DNA from: a bacterium
GTDB taxonomy: Bacteria; Armatimonadota; JACIXR01
DNA length: 57,234 nt
Assembly: GCA_014360465.1 (NCBI GenBank)
Contig: JACIXQ010000004.1
Coordinates: 1 to 57,234 of the forward strand
Direction: 5' to 3'
A program made the position numbers and the translations under genes. The notes beneath the pieces were generated by a model. That model was not told the DNA's origin and ran no database searches. It saw only the letters and a list, made by a program, of their open reading frames with translations. Below, piece by piece: positions 48,090 through 57,234 of the stretch (position 1 is the first letter of the stretch; each line of letters begins with the position of its first letter).

Positions 48090-49940
48090 ATGTTAGAGGA
48101 AAAGCTAAAACAAATACCAACCTCGCCCGGGGTTTATATCTTCAAAGGGAAAAGGGGCAATGTGCTATATGTAGGGAAAGCTGCTTCCCTACGCGATAGA
48201 GTTCGTTCTTACTTCGGGCAATATGATGGTTCGTTGAAGGTCTCCCTCATCCGACAAAACATCGCTGACCTTGAGTGGATTGCTACAGACAGCGAGACAG
48301 AAGCCCTCATACTTGAACTGAATTTGATAAAGAAATATAAGCCACCATATAACATCCGGATGAGGGATGATAAGCATTATCCTTTCGTCAAGATAACCCT
48401 CAACGAACCATTTCCTCGCATCGTGATAGTGAGAAGAGTTGGGAAAGACCAGGCGCGATACTTTGGACCCTATGCTGATTCCAAATCTCTTAAAGAAGTC
48501 CTTCGCCTTTTGCGCAAGAATTTCCAGATAAGGCAATGCAATATTCCCTTAACAGGCGAAGAAAGATTACGCCCCTGCCTTTTCTATCATATCGGACAGT
48601 GTCTTGGTCCCTGCAGCGGTGAAGTATCAAGGGAGCGATATATGGAAGCGGTGCAGGAAGTTATTACTTTTCTTGAAGGGCATAGCGAAGAGTTGAGGGA
48701 GATGCTCTGGAATAAAATGATGGAAGAAGCAGAGAATCTGAACTTTGAAAGGGCGGCGAAGTTGAGGGATAGGATAAGGGCACTGGACAGAGTTATAGAT
48801 AAGCAGAAGGTGGTCTTCACTAACCCCGTTGACGAGGATGTCATTTCCTTCGCCCAGCAGGAGGATGCCATCGGTGCACAGGTCTTTATGGTGCGGGCTG
48901 GAAGACTTATCGGCGGAAGGCATTTCCTCCTGCAAGGTGTGGAAGGAGAAAGCAAGGAGGAAATCACCTCCTCTTTCATCCGCCAGTATTATCAGGGAGA
49001 GCTACCACCACCATTGATAATAGTTGAAGATATCCCCGAGGACGCCGAGCTCATTTCCCGCTGGTTGAGCGAAAGAAAACATAGAGATGTCCTAATTAGA
49101 AGGGCAGAAGGTGACGAGGAAAAGGAACTGGTTGAAATGGCTAAGAGGAATGCCCAGCTTGCGCTGCGAGCGAAGCTGGAAGAGGGGGAAACGAAAAGGA
49201 GGAAAGCGATGGAGAGCCTTGAAGCACTGCGGTTGGCGCTTCAGCTTGATAAAATACCTTTCAGGATAGAGGGATACGATATATCGCATCTGGGAGGCAA
49301 CCAGGCTGTTGGCTCAATGGTCGTATTTGAGAATGGTGAACCCCAGAAATCCAAATACCGTAAATTCAACATAAAGTTTACAGAGAAAATTCCCGATGAT
49401 TACGCGATGATGAAGGAGGTGCTCCGTAGGAGGATTTTGAGAGGGAAGAAGGGAGACGAGAAATTCCTCCCCTTTCCCGATTTAATAGTGATTGATGGAG
49501 GTAAGGGGCACCTTTCCAGCGCCCTTGAGATTCTATTTGAAGAGAATATACTCCCACCAACAATTGGGCTTGCAAAGCGGCTGGAGGAGATTTATCTACC
49601 CGATGCCTCCCAGCCCCTTCGCTTGCCGGAGGATTCAAAAGCTCTCCATCTGCTTCAAAGGATAAGAAACGAAGCGCATCGCTTCGCCCTCACACAGCAT
49701 AGGGGAAGAAGAGAAAAAGCTGCGTTTATGTCCGCTCTTGAGCAGGTAGAGGGAATAGGTAAAAAGAGAAGAAAGATGCTTTTAGATGTCTTCGGCACTA
49801 TTGAGGAATTAAAAAAGGCTTCACCTGATAAAATCGCAAGGTTAGCCGGTGTGCCCCTTAAGGTAGCAGAAAGGCTTCTTGAAGTGCTTAATAAGCAAAC
49901 AGGGGAGGCAGAGAGTAATCAAGTATCCGATGACGATTAG
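48090..49940 (+). CDS. uvrC: Excinuclease ABC subunit C
   Basis: PGVY, YVGKA, IEGYDISH, DGGKGH, RNEAHRFA, HhH tail. Confidence 0.97.
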   Translation: MLEEKLKQIPTSPGVYIFKGKRGNVLYVGKAASLRDRVRSYFGQYDGSLKVSLIRQNIADLEWIATDSETEALILELNLIKKYKPPYNIRMRDDKHYPFVKITLNEPFPRIVIVRRVGKDQARYFGPYADSKSLKEVLRLLRKNFQIRQCNIPLTGEERLRPCLFYHIGQCLGPCSGEVSRERYMEAVQEVITFLEGHSEELREMLWNKMMEEAENLNFERAAKLRDRIRALDRVIDKQKVVFTNPVDEDVISFAQQEDAIGAQVFMVRAGRLIGGRHFLLQGVEGESKEEITSSFIRQYYQGELPPPLIIVEDIPEDAELISRWLSERKHRDVLIRRAEGDEEKELVEMAKRNAQLALRAKLEEGETKRRKAMESLEALRLALQLDKIPFRIEGYDISHLGGNQAVGSMVVFENGEPQKSKYRKFNIKFTEKIPDDYAMMKEVLRRRILRGKKGDEKFLPFPDLIVIDGGKGHLSSALEILFEENILPPTIGLAKRLEEIYLPDASQPLRLPEDSKALHLLQRIRNEAHRFALTQHRGRREKAAFMSALEQVEGIGKKRRKMLLDVFGTIEELKKASPDKIARLAGVPLKVAERLLEVLNKQTGEAESNQVSDDD

Positions 49941-50400
49941 ACCTTACGCGATAAGAACCCGTTTTGGCTGGTGCGAGGTATCAGCAAGCTATAAAGGTTT
50001 GTGTTCCCTCAGCAAGCCACAAGAAGTGCCAATAGATGGTTATAAGTATCACGAGCTTGAAGAAGCATTGGAGGAATACTTCTCGGGTAGAGTGGTAGAT
50101 TTCTCCATTTTTCCCGTTGATTTATCCTCCTTGACTCCTTTCCAAAGGAGTGTCCTTGAGGAAGTGAGAAATATAAAGTGGGGAGGAGTTGCTTTCTACG
50201 AGGAAATCGGGGAAAGATTGGGAGGAAATAATTTAGCCAGGGCGGTTGGTCAGGCTCTCGCCAGGAATCCTCTTCCAATAATCATCCCCTGCCATAGAGT
50301 GATAAGAAAAGATGGAAGTTTAGGTGGTTTTACCTGGGGACTTGAATGGAAGGTCCGATTGTTGGAGTTGGAAAGAAAGGAGGTAAAAAACGATGTTTAA
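49930..50400 (+). CDS. ogt: Methylated-DNA-protein-cysteine methyltransferase
   Basis: RAVGQALARNP...PCHRV; probable ATG at 49930. Confidence 0.92.
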   Translation: MTIRPYAIRTRFGWCEVSASYKGLCSLSKPQEVPIDGYKYHELEEALEEYFSGRVVDFSIFPVDLSSLTPFQRSVLEEVRNIKWGGVAFYEEIGERLGGNNLARAVGQALARNPLPIIIPCHRVIRKDGSLGGFTWGLEWKVRLLELERKEVKNDV

Positions 50401-51823
50401 GTTAAAGAAAATAGTTTATAACCAAATTTCCTTTGGAATGTTCCCCTTCATTTTCTTTTTGACCCATCCTGCCAGTTCAAACCCTGAGAAGCTTCCCAAG
50501 AGCACAATAGAAATAGACGCTGACAAGGTGATAGGTAAACTGGAACCATTTAGACACTCCTTTGGTCAGGGAGGAGTAAACCCTATTCCATTGCCGCAAG
50601 GGGTGATTGAAGGTATTAAAAAGCTACAGCCCCGTTTGATTCGGATATTCCTTCAAGAATTTTTCAATATCTACAGCGAGGATGGGAAACTCAACTGGCA
50701 AATCTTGGACCCTTATATGGAAGCACTTGCCCAAACAGGTGCGAAGATAGTGGCATGTATTACTATAAAGCCGAGGCGGCTATTTCCCCAAATAGACCAG
50801 AGAATATGGCAACCAAAGGATGTAAAGGAATGGCAAAACCTCATCTATGAACTTGTCAAAAGGTATTCAGTGGAGAAGCAAATCGTCACCTATTGGGAAG
50901 TTGCTAACGAACCAGATATCGGGGAAGCTGGAGGAACGCCCTACCTAATTCCAGAACCAGCAGAGTACTGCGAATTCTACAGGATAACCACGGAACCGAT
51001 AATAAAAGCCTGCCCAACCGTGAAAGTGGGAGGACCTGCCCTGGCTTCTGTCAACAGCCCCCTACTGGAGGGGTTAATTGAATACTGCAAGAGAACGGGA
51101 ACAAAGCTGGATTTTGTCTCCTGGCACCTCTATAGTGACGACCCCACCCTTCATGCTAAGGGAATAGAGAGGGCTAAATCTTTGCTAAGGGACTTTCCAG
51201 GGAAAAGACCCGAGATGCTTATAACCGAATGGAATAGAAATATCGGTGATATTTCAGGGGAATCAAAGGATGCCAGTGTCGTTGCTTCCTGTCTGCTCTC
51301 TATGCTTGAAACAGATGTGGATTGGACATTCTACTACCAGATTTGTGACCAGGTGTTCTACAAGGAGCATTTTGAATATTGGTTTTCTGCCGAAGGAATA
51401 AGGAATATGGAGAATTTCTGGAATCCCGTTCCTCGCTTCGGACTATTTGATTTGGAGGGAAGGGTAAGGGCACCATATTTTGTCTACCAAATGCTTTATA
51501 GGATGGGCGAGAAAAAGATAGATGCTAAGTGTGATGAATCCGATATCAAACTCCTTGCTTCTCGCTCTGATAGTAGGCTCTCCTTGATGTTTGTGAATCC
51601 TTCATCACAAGGGAAAGCGCTGACAATCAACATAAAGAACCTCAAACCCGGAAAGAAATCGCTCAGAATATATAGCATTGATGCGAATAAGCGATGGTCA
51701 TCCCAGAAGTTGGAGCTTCTCCCGATAAAGGAGCGAGAAATTTTCACCTCCTCAGAGTTCAGCTTTGAAATCTGGGCTCCTTCCTATAGTGTTATCCAGG
51801 CGATATTTGATGATATATCTTAG
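50393..51823 (+). CDS. GH39-like glycoside hydrolase
   Basis: WEVANEPD, KVGGPA, DFVSWHLY, ITEWN. Confidence 0.8.
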   Translation: MFKLKKIVYNQISFGMFPFIFFLTHPASSNPEKLPKSTIEIDADKVIGKLEPFRHSFGQGGVNPIPLPQGVIEGIKKLQPRLIRIFLQEFFNIYSEDGKLNWQILDPYMEALAQTGAKIVACITIKPRRLFPQIDQRIWQPKDVKEWQNLIYELVKRYSVEKQIVTYWEVANEPDIGEAGGTPYLIPEPAEYCEFYRITTEPIIKACPTVKVGGPALASVNSPLLEGLIEYCKRTGTKLDFVSWHLYSDDPTLHAKGIERAKSLLRDFPGKRPEMLITEWNRNIGDISGESKDASVVASCLLSMLETDVDWTFYYQICDQVFYKEHFEYWFSAEGIRNMENFWNPVPRFGLFDLEGRVRAPYFVYQMLYRMGEKKIDAKCDESDIKLLASRSDSRLSLMFVNPSSQGKALTINIKNLKPGKKSLRIYSIDANKRWSSQKLELLPIKEREIFTSSEFSFEIWAPSYSVIQAIFDDIS

Positions 51824-52037
51824 CAGCGACCCAGAGACTGCTTTGTGTTATCTTTAGTAGGAGACTTGCCAATAACAACCCGTTTGGGTTCCTTTCTCTA
51901 CTTGATAATCATTTGATGACAAAACACTTAAGTTTAAGAGAGTGAGTTTTATTAATTTGTCCTTTTTATTAATCTCCACTTGTTGGTTAGGAACGGTGAG
52001 TGGATATCTTTTAGGCTTAAATTTCAGTTTGAATAGC

Positions 52038-53132
52038 TCACCCAGAATCTATTTCCTTTATCGCTCTCGCTATCCCATTAGCAATTACCAGAAAAGCGTG
52101 GTATCTTAATCTTTCCGTGCTTGCTTGAGCCTTTCTCATCGCTTCCTCGTATTGCCCTTCTTTCGTCAGGAAGTATACTTCAGAAAGGATTTTCAACCTT
52201 GACCGAAACCTGCTCTTTTTATCCAGAAACTCTCCAAGGTTGGGCAATTCCATCTCTAAAAGGTCCCTATTCACACCCGCTTTAAGCAAACCCATTAGCA
52301 AAAAGGCATAAGTTTCCTCCCTCACTTGTTTATCCTTTATCTCCTTCGCCATATTCAACATTTGGGCATACACAGGAGAATCTTCTTTTAAATCTAAGCT
52401 ATCTAATTTTGAAGAGATGGAATACAATAAAGCTCCCCTCCACTCCTCGGACGACTGTTCTGCTTTGCTGAGAATCTTTGAAAGGATTTTTTCTGCCTGT
52501 TTCTCATCAATTTTGTTTTCAAGAACTTTCAACATTATCCCTAACCAAACTACCTTTCCCTTATTGCCACTCATAGAACTAATGGTGTCAACAAGTTCTA
52601 ACATTAGTTGGAAAGCCTGTTCTTTGAGGTGAGTAGTTAAAAGAGGCTCCAATACCGAGAGCAAGTCTATAAAAGCATGCGTATTCGCCTCTATGTCTCC
52701 GCTAAGAGTTTCCAAGATCCCCCTTGCCATATCAAGGAGAAGTTCCGCATCCTCCTGCTCTAAACCTGTTAATGAAAGGCTCAGCGCTTTTTCGAAAATT
52801 TCTGTAAATTCTCCTTCCGTAATACCTCCTACTGCAGTAGCCATCTCCATTATGATGAGGCGCTTTTCGCTCTCCCCAAGCTCACAGAGTTCTACTGTCC
52901 TGAGTAAGGCGTAAAGAAGTGCTTGTTTAGTTGCTTCATCAAACTGGGTAATGAAATTGAGGAGCTTGCGAAGAAGGGGAAGAGCTTGATTTCCAAGCCT
53001 TGTCTTTACTATCAGCGGGACTATCTGCCAGAGAAATGCCTCTCTGAGTCCCTCGCTTTTTACCTCCATACCGAGGTCTATTATCTCGGATAGAAGCTTG
53101 ACACCTTTTTCTTTGCTGATTTCGTTATGCAT
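52038..53132 (-). CDS. Alpha-helical (HEAT-like) hypothetical protein
   Basis: 364-aa ORF with AAGGAGG RBS and Leu/Glu-rich amphipathic helices. Confidence 0.55.
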   Translation of the reverse strand: MHNEISKEKGVKLLSEIIDLGMEVKSEGLREAFLWQIVPLIVKTRLGNQALPLLRKLLNFITQFDEATKQALLYALLRTVELCELGESEKRLIIMEMATAVGGITEGEFTEIFEKALSLSLTGLEQEDAELLLDMARGILETLSGDIEANTHAFIDLLSVLEPLLTTHLKEQAFQLMLELVDTISSMSGNKGKVVWLGIMLKVLENKIDEKQAEKILSKILSKAEQSSEEWRGALLYSISSKLDSLDLKEDSPVYAQMLNMAKEIKDKQVREETYAFLLMGLLKAGVNRDLLEMELPNLGEFLDKKSRFRSRLKILSEVYFLTKEGQYEEAMRKAQASTERLRYHAFLVIANGIARAIKEIDSG

Positions 53133-53179
53133 AACTCTTCTTTTCCTCCTTTATAAGTTTACCCGCTAAAGGATTGGCG

Positions 53180-53726
53180 CTATGATAAATATACTATCTC
53201 TATATCCAAGACCAGTCCACTGTAGAGCATCGCTATTATGAAACTAATCCCCAATAGCGAGTAAAATATACTTTTGAATTTGTCGTCCCAATCGGTTGCT
53301 ACGACATCGCTCAGGAAAAGCTCATTTCTTTTTTCATCCCAAAGCGTTATAGTTGCATCTATCAGGACACTGAGCCAGCAAACTTTCATTGGTTGAAACT
53401 TATATGGTCCCCAATATTACTGCGAAAATCCGTAAAAACAAGATATCCAAGCTTCTTTTTTGTTGGTTTACTTTAGAGATTTTGAGAAACTCAACGAAAC
53501 TATATCGCGGACCTACTCTTTTTTCTTCCCAGAAATCGTTAGCTATATCCAGTGTAAGTGGAAAGACGGGTTTAGAAGCATCCGCGAGATACGCTATTAC
53601 GCGAGAGAGCAAGAGGTATCTTACATTTGTTAATTTGAGGAATAGCTCATCAATGCCAACAGCTCTCTCAAAAAGCTCCTCACAAAGGGAAATAGCTTTT
53701 AATCTCCTCAAATTATCTTTCGCTAT
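53180..53726 (-). pseudogene. Degraded gene downstream of BrxA-like gene
   Basis: AGGAGG RBS followed at normal spacing by ATA instead of ATG. Reading frame broken into 53400-53711 and 53180-53389. Confidence 0.4.
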
Positions 53727-54459
53727 GGTTTAACCTCCTTATCAAAATATTCACCACATCATCAAGGGAACTGACGAGAAGAAGGATGCGGTTATGGGGA
53801 GGACGTCTCTCTATTTGCCAGAGTTTATTTTCATTCTCTAATACCGATAGTACCCTTTGATTGTTCATAAAGAAGACCCTCGGTACCCTTTCCTTTGAAA
53901 TTTCCCCGAGGTCAATTGTTATTTTCCTCTCCCTCAACATATCCTCGCAGAGGGCAAAGGAAAAAGCGATTGATGAAGGCGTATAAAATTTGAGAGAAAT
54001 ATATTTCCTGTCCCTTATTATGAAGCCAAATTTGTCCAATAAGAATAGGAGAGAATCAAAGGTATCCTTGCTTTGTTTGTGCATCAGCGAGTAAAGGAAA
54101 TCTTTTGCTTCCTGCCTGCTTACCTTTCCCCTTTCTATATTCTCGCTCAGGAAACTGGCAAAATCGGAGAGATAAGGGAAGTTCTTGATTACTTGCCAGT
54201 AGGCGAGTTCTCGCTTTGTTTTATCATCGGTTAAATAACCCTGTAGTCTTGCGAGCGGATGTCTTTTTATCCCTCTACCTTTTCCCTTTAGCTCCAATAT
54301 TCTCAATATGTAATCTACCGCCCTTTTTCTTGAAACCGGGGAAGGATATGGTAGATTCTCATCAAGCCACTGTCCCAGCTGGGAGATGTCCTCAAATTCC
54401 TGACTTTTCTCCAGCGCCATTATAAGGAATTGAGGAAGAATTTTGTGTCCGTGCGCCAA
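53713..54459 (-). CDS. BrxA-like (DUF1819-like) winged-helix protein
   Basis: Size and motif order (SRKRAVDYIL.R, ELAYW...YLSDF, DFL...KDT...L.KFGFI) recall BREX BrxA; recognised by eye only. Confidence 0.45.
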   Translation of the reverse strand: MAHGHKILPQFLIMALEKSQEFEDISQLGQWLDENLPYPSPVSRKRAVDYILRILELKGKGRGIKRHPLARLQGYLTDDKTKRELAYWQVIKNFPYLSDFASFLSENIERGKVSRQEAKDFLYSLMHKQSKDTFDSLLFLLDKFGFIIRDRKYISLKFYTPSSIAFSFALCEDMLRERKITIDLGEISKERVPRVFFMNNQRVLSVLENENKLWQIERRPPHNRILLLVSSLDDVVNILIRRLNHSER

Positions 54460-54719
54460 TTTTCTCTCCTTTTTCTATTTAATTTAAACGAAAATTCATC
54501 TTGATGCAAGCGGGTTGTAGAATCCAAAAGATATTAGATTTCTTGGTAGGAATTCTTCAAACTCTTGTTTGAATTCATTTATACTTTTTACAAGTCCTTA
54601 CAATCCTTCTGTACTTTATCAACACCGAATACTTCTCTTGTAGCTTAAGTTTCATCTGAATCCAATATCTTTCCTGAAATTTTTCAATGAGGGCATCGTT
54701 GTTCTTAAAAGTAAAAGTT

Positions 54720-54748
54720 TTGCTTTATATTGTAAGCTTTGGTATAAT
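54720..54748 (+). promoter_or_regulatory. Sigma70 promoter
   Basis: TTGCTT-17 bp-TATAAT, followed by an AGGAGG RBS. Confidence 0.65.
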
Positions 54749-54770
54749 TTAAATTGAGGAGGAATTGAAT

Positions 54771-55055
54771 ATGAGAGCGACAGAAAGCATCCTTGATATA
54801 GGCTTTGGGATTATCGCTCACCTTGCTGAGAGATACAAGGAACTAAGGGAGAAAGGGAAGGAGCTACGGGGAAAAGTATGGGAGAAACTACAGGAAAAGA
54901 AAGCGCAGGGACGTGAGATAAGGGAAAAATTGGAGGGAGAGATTTCGGAGAAAAAGCAGAAACTTTACAATCTTCTCGGCTTGGTGAGCAAGAAGGATAT
55001 AGAGGAACTCAAGGAGAAGTTAGCCGAGATAGAGAGGAAGCTCAGCGGTCAATAG
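54771..55055 (+). CDS. Phasin-like coiled-coil protein
   Basis: ILDIGFGII...LGLVSKKDIEELKEKL; the usual partner upstream of AarF/UbiB genes. Confidence 0.7.
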   Translation: MRATESILDIGFGIIAHLAERYKELREKGKELRGKVWEKLQEKKAQGREIREKLEGEISEKKQKLYNLLGLVSKKDIEELKEKLAEIERKLSGQ

Positions 55056-55059
55056 ATTC

Positions 55060-56724
55060 GTGTACTTACCTCGCCCCCTCCGCAGGATAAGAAATCTCTG
55101 GAGGATAGCCAAGATAGGCGAGGTTGCTGTCAAGCATGGTTTCGGCTACCTCGCAGAGCGAATTGGTGGTAGGCGCTACCGCAGAGAGGAGATTAAAGAG
55201 GATGAAAGATATACCAGCGAGGGGGCACGCCTTCGTGCATTTCTTGAAGAACTCGGTTCCACTTTCATCAAACTCGGTCAACTCGCATCCACAAGAGTTG
55301 ATATCTTCCCTCCGGGCATAATAGATGAACTTAAAAAGCTTCAAGATTCTGTTCCACCTGCTCCATTTGAACAGATAAAATTGGTAGTGGAGAGGGAGCT
55401 TAGCAAACCTATTGATGAGATTTTCCTGGAATTCCACGAAGAACCCATCGCTTCCGCCTCAATAGCTCAGGTTCATGAAGCAAAATTGAAAAATAATGAG
55501 GAAGTGGTTGTGAAGGTACAGCGACCTGGAGTAGAAAAGAGGGTTCTGTATGACCTTGAGCTACTCCTTGATATAACCTCCCTTGCTGAGAATCGTCTTC
55601 CCGCGGCGAGACGACTTGGCGTCCACGAGATAGCGGAGGAGCTTGCCCGGGCTATGCGTGACGAACTCAATTTCCTCATTGAGGCAGAAAACGCTGATAG
55701 ATTGCGTAGAGCGCTATCAAATGAAACAAATGTATATATCCCCAAAATCTACTGGGACCTTTCCACCCCCTATGTTCTGACGATGGAGAAGATAAAGGGG
55801 ACAAAAATTAACGATTATATAAAAGGGCTTGAGGACAGAAATCAGAGAAAAAAGCTTGCCCAGCAACTCGCTGAGTTGTTCTTCAAGCAAATCGTCATTT
55901 ATGGGGTTTTCCACGCCGACCCCCATCCGGGCAACATCTTCATACTGCCCGATGGAAGATTTGCCCTGACCGACTTTGGTCTCGTGGGCACCCTGAACAA
56001 AACATTAAAGAGCCAGCTTCTTCGCCTTTCCCAGGGATTGGTCAATCAGGATGTTGATACCATAGTTGAGATTCTTTACATCATAGGCATCGTTCCCGAT
56101 GATGTTGAGAGCTCGATGCTTTCCGCGGAAATAGAGGGATTGTTCTCCCGCTACTCTTACATTCCTCCCAGTAAGATCAAGATTAGCGACCTCTACTACG
56201 CTGTAAGCGAGATAACGAGGAAATACAGGATAAGGATGCCCCAAAGTTTTGCCCTTCTGGGAAGGTGCATGGCGGAATTGGAAGGTTTATGTCTTGAACT
56301 TGACCCTGAATTTGACCCAAGGAAAGTTCTCGAACCTCTTACCCGCCGATTCTTTGCCGACCAGGTCAAACCCACCAATCTCTTGAAGGGAACCGTGAGG
56401 CTCCTGCAAGAAAATACTTCCCTGCTACTTGAGCTCCCGAAACAGTTAAGTCAAGTTTTGAATAAAGCCGAACGTGGAGCATTAAAGTTGCGTTTTGAAT
56501 ACGATAGGATTGACCGTCCGCTTCTACGCCTGAACATTATCGCTAACAGACTATCCTTTTCCATTATAGTTGCGGCGATCCTCGTTGCCTCCTCACTTGT
56601 GATGCAGACGAATATCGGACCCTATCTCTGGGGCTTTCCCGCCTTCGGAATAGTTGGCTACATTCTGGCAGGGATTATGGGTTTTTGGCTTCTACTTTCC
56701 ATAATCCGCTCAGGAAGATTATAA
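55060..56724 (+). CDS. AarF/ABC1/UbiB family kinase
   Basis: FIKLGQ, ASASIAQVH, VVKVQRP, FHADPHPGN, DFG; C-terminal TM helices. Confidence 0.93.
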   Translation: MYLPRPLRRIRNLWRIAKIGEVAVKHGFGYLAERIGGRRYRREEIKEDERYTSEGARLRAFLEELGSTFIKLGQLASTRVDIFPPGIIDELKKLQDSVPPAPFEQIKLVVERELSKPIDEIFLEFHEEPIASASIAQVHEAKLKNNEEVVVKVQRPGVEKRVLYDLELLLDITSLAENRLPAARRLGVHEIAEELARAMRDELNFLIEAENADRLRRALSNETNVYIPKIYWDLSTPYVLTMEKIKGTKINDYIKGLEDRNQRKKLAQQLAELFFKQIVIYGVFHADPHPGNIFILPDGRFALTDFGLVGTLNKTLKSQLLRLSQGLVNQDVDTIVEILYIIGIVPDDVESSMLSAEIEGLFSRYSYIPPSKIKISDLYYAVSEITRKYRIRMPQSFALLGRCMAELEGLCLELDPEFDPRKVLEPLTRRFFADQVKPTNLLKGTVRLLQENTSLLLELPKQLSQVLNKAERGALKLRFEYDRIDRPLLRLNIIANRLSFSIIVAAILVASSLVMQTNIGPYLWGFPAFGIVGYILAGIMGFWLLLSIIRSGRL

Positions 56725-56740
56725 AAAAGGAGTGTGAACT

Positions 56741-57234
56741 ATGAAGAATAAAGAGTATCTCTACCAGCTTTTGAAACAGGAAATAATACAGAAAAGGGAA
56801 GAAGGATGCGATGTGGGAGAACTTGAGAGCAAATTGGAAAGCATCAAAGGGGATAAGGAAGCGCTTTGGGATTTCTACTATGACGAGCTCCTTCCCTTAT
56901 CACCCCGACCTTGTTTTCCCTACGATGAACCATCATTGTGGGAGCAATACAAGGAACAGATATCCTTACCTTCCCCTATCCCGCTACCTTCTAAGGAAAT
57001 CCTTTATGATAAGATTTTAGGTGCCTGGCTGGGAAGATGTGCTGGTTGTATGCTGGGTAAGCCAGTTGAAGGGTGGAGAAGGGAGATGATAAGGGAGAAT
57101 TTGCTGAAGATAAACGAATATCCACTTTCTTATTATTTTCCCATTGAATTCTTTCCCCAAACAAACGATTATATTAAGGGTCTTGTTAGGGGTAATATAA
57201 CCAGGGCTATGCGAGATGATGACACGGATTACAC
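56741..57234 (+). CDS. ADP-ribosylglycohydrolase family protein (truncated by window end)
   Basis: ATG after AAGGAG. Frame open to the end of the window: YDKILGAWLGRCAGCMLGKPVEG...DDDTDY. Confidence 0.85.
   Translation, partial: MKNKEYLYQLLKQEIIQKREEGCDVGELESKLESIKGDKEALWDFYYDELLPLSPRPCFPYDEPSLWEQYKEQISLPSPIPLPSKEILYDKILGAWLGRCAGCMLGKPVEGWRREMIRENLLKINEYPLSYYFPIEFFPQTNDYIKGLVRGNITRAMRDDDTDY

Noticed and set aside
11519-56378. Numerous 60-210 aa antisense or alternate-frame ORFs in the track
   Set aside because: They overlap well-supported genes and show no motifs; treated as shadow ORFs.
56811-57020. 69-aa ORF listed in the track
   Set aside because: It is an alternate frame inside the ADP-ribosylglycohydrolase gene that starts at 56741.
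1-57234. CRISPR array, tRNA/rRNA, riboswitch, prophage or integrase
   Set aside because: No spaced direct repeats, cloverleafs or phage/integrase genes seen by eye; the 222-bp periodicity is intragenic TPR. A covariance-model search was not possible.

Overview
Bacterial chromosomal segment, probably from Armatimonadota (inferred from the prepilin/DUF1559/H-X9-DG gene signature [19 protein letters not shown] and the many secreted glycan-active proteins). (1) 838-11169, minus strand: an accessory operon of mostly exported proteins built around a 117-aa Cys-rich precursor that carries both a Sec signal peptide and a double-glycine-type leader (LSDEVMASIRGA). The operon also encodes a stand-alone exported C39 peptidase-DUF1573 protein (no ABC exporter nearby), a LolA-like protein, a CxxC/CcdA-like redox membrane protein, an ECF sigma factor, two TPR proteins, a PQQ/BamB-like propeller and a degenerate C39-like protein with a (TC)11 tract in its signal peptide. 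Three genes of this operon carry +1 frameshifts. (2) 11.5-26.9 kb: secreted glycan-active proteins, tatA/tatB, trxB, lemA-htpX, and a LacI-pilin-like pair with a clear operator. (3) 27.2-28.5 kb: a decayed IS5/ISL2-type element (second copy at 152-500) beside a PHF5-like zinc-cluster/CFI-box gene. (4) 28.6-51.8 kb: housekeeping genes (dehydratase-activator trio, GH57, NTP-transferase/PMM, rpsU, PgpH-like, ybeY, dgkA, ftsEX, envC-like, ctpA, amrA, arsC, a nucleotidyltransferase-GHMP kinase fusion, uvrC, ogt, GH39). (5) 52-54.5 kb: a small decayed islet with a BrxA-like gene, followed by phasin-like, AarF/UbiB and a truncated ADP-ribosylglycohydrolase gene. All family calls come from motif recognition by eye; no database searches were run.
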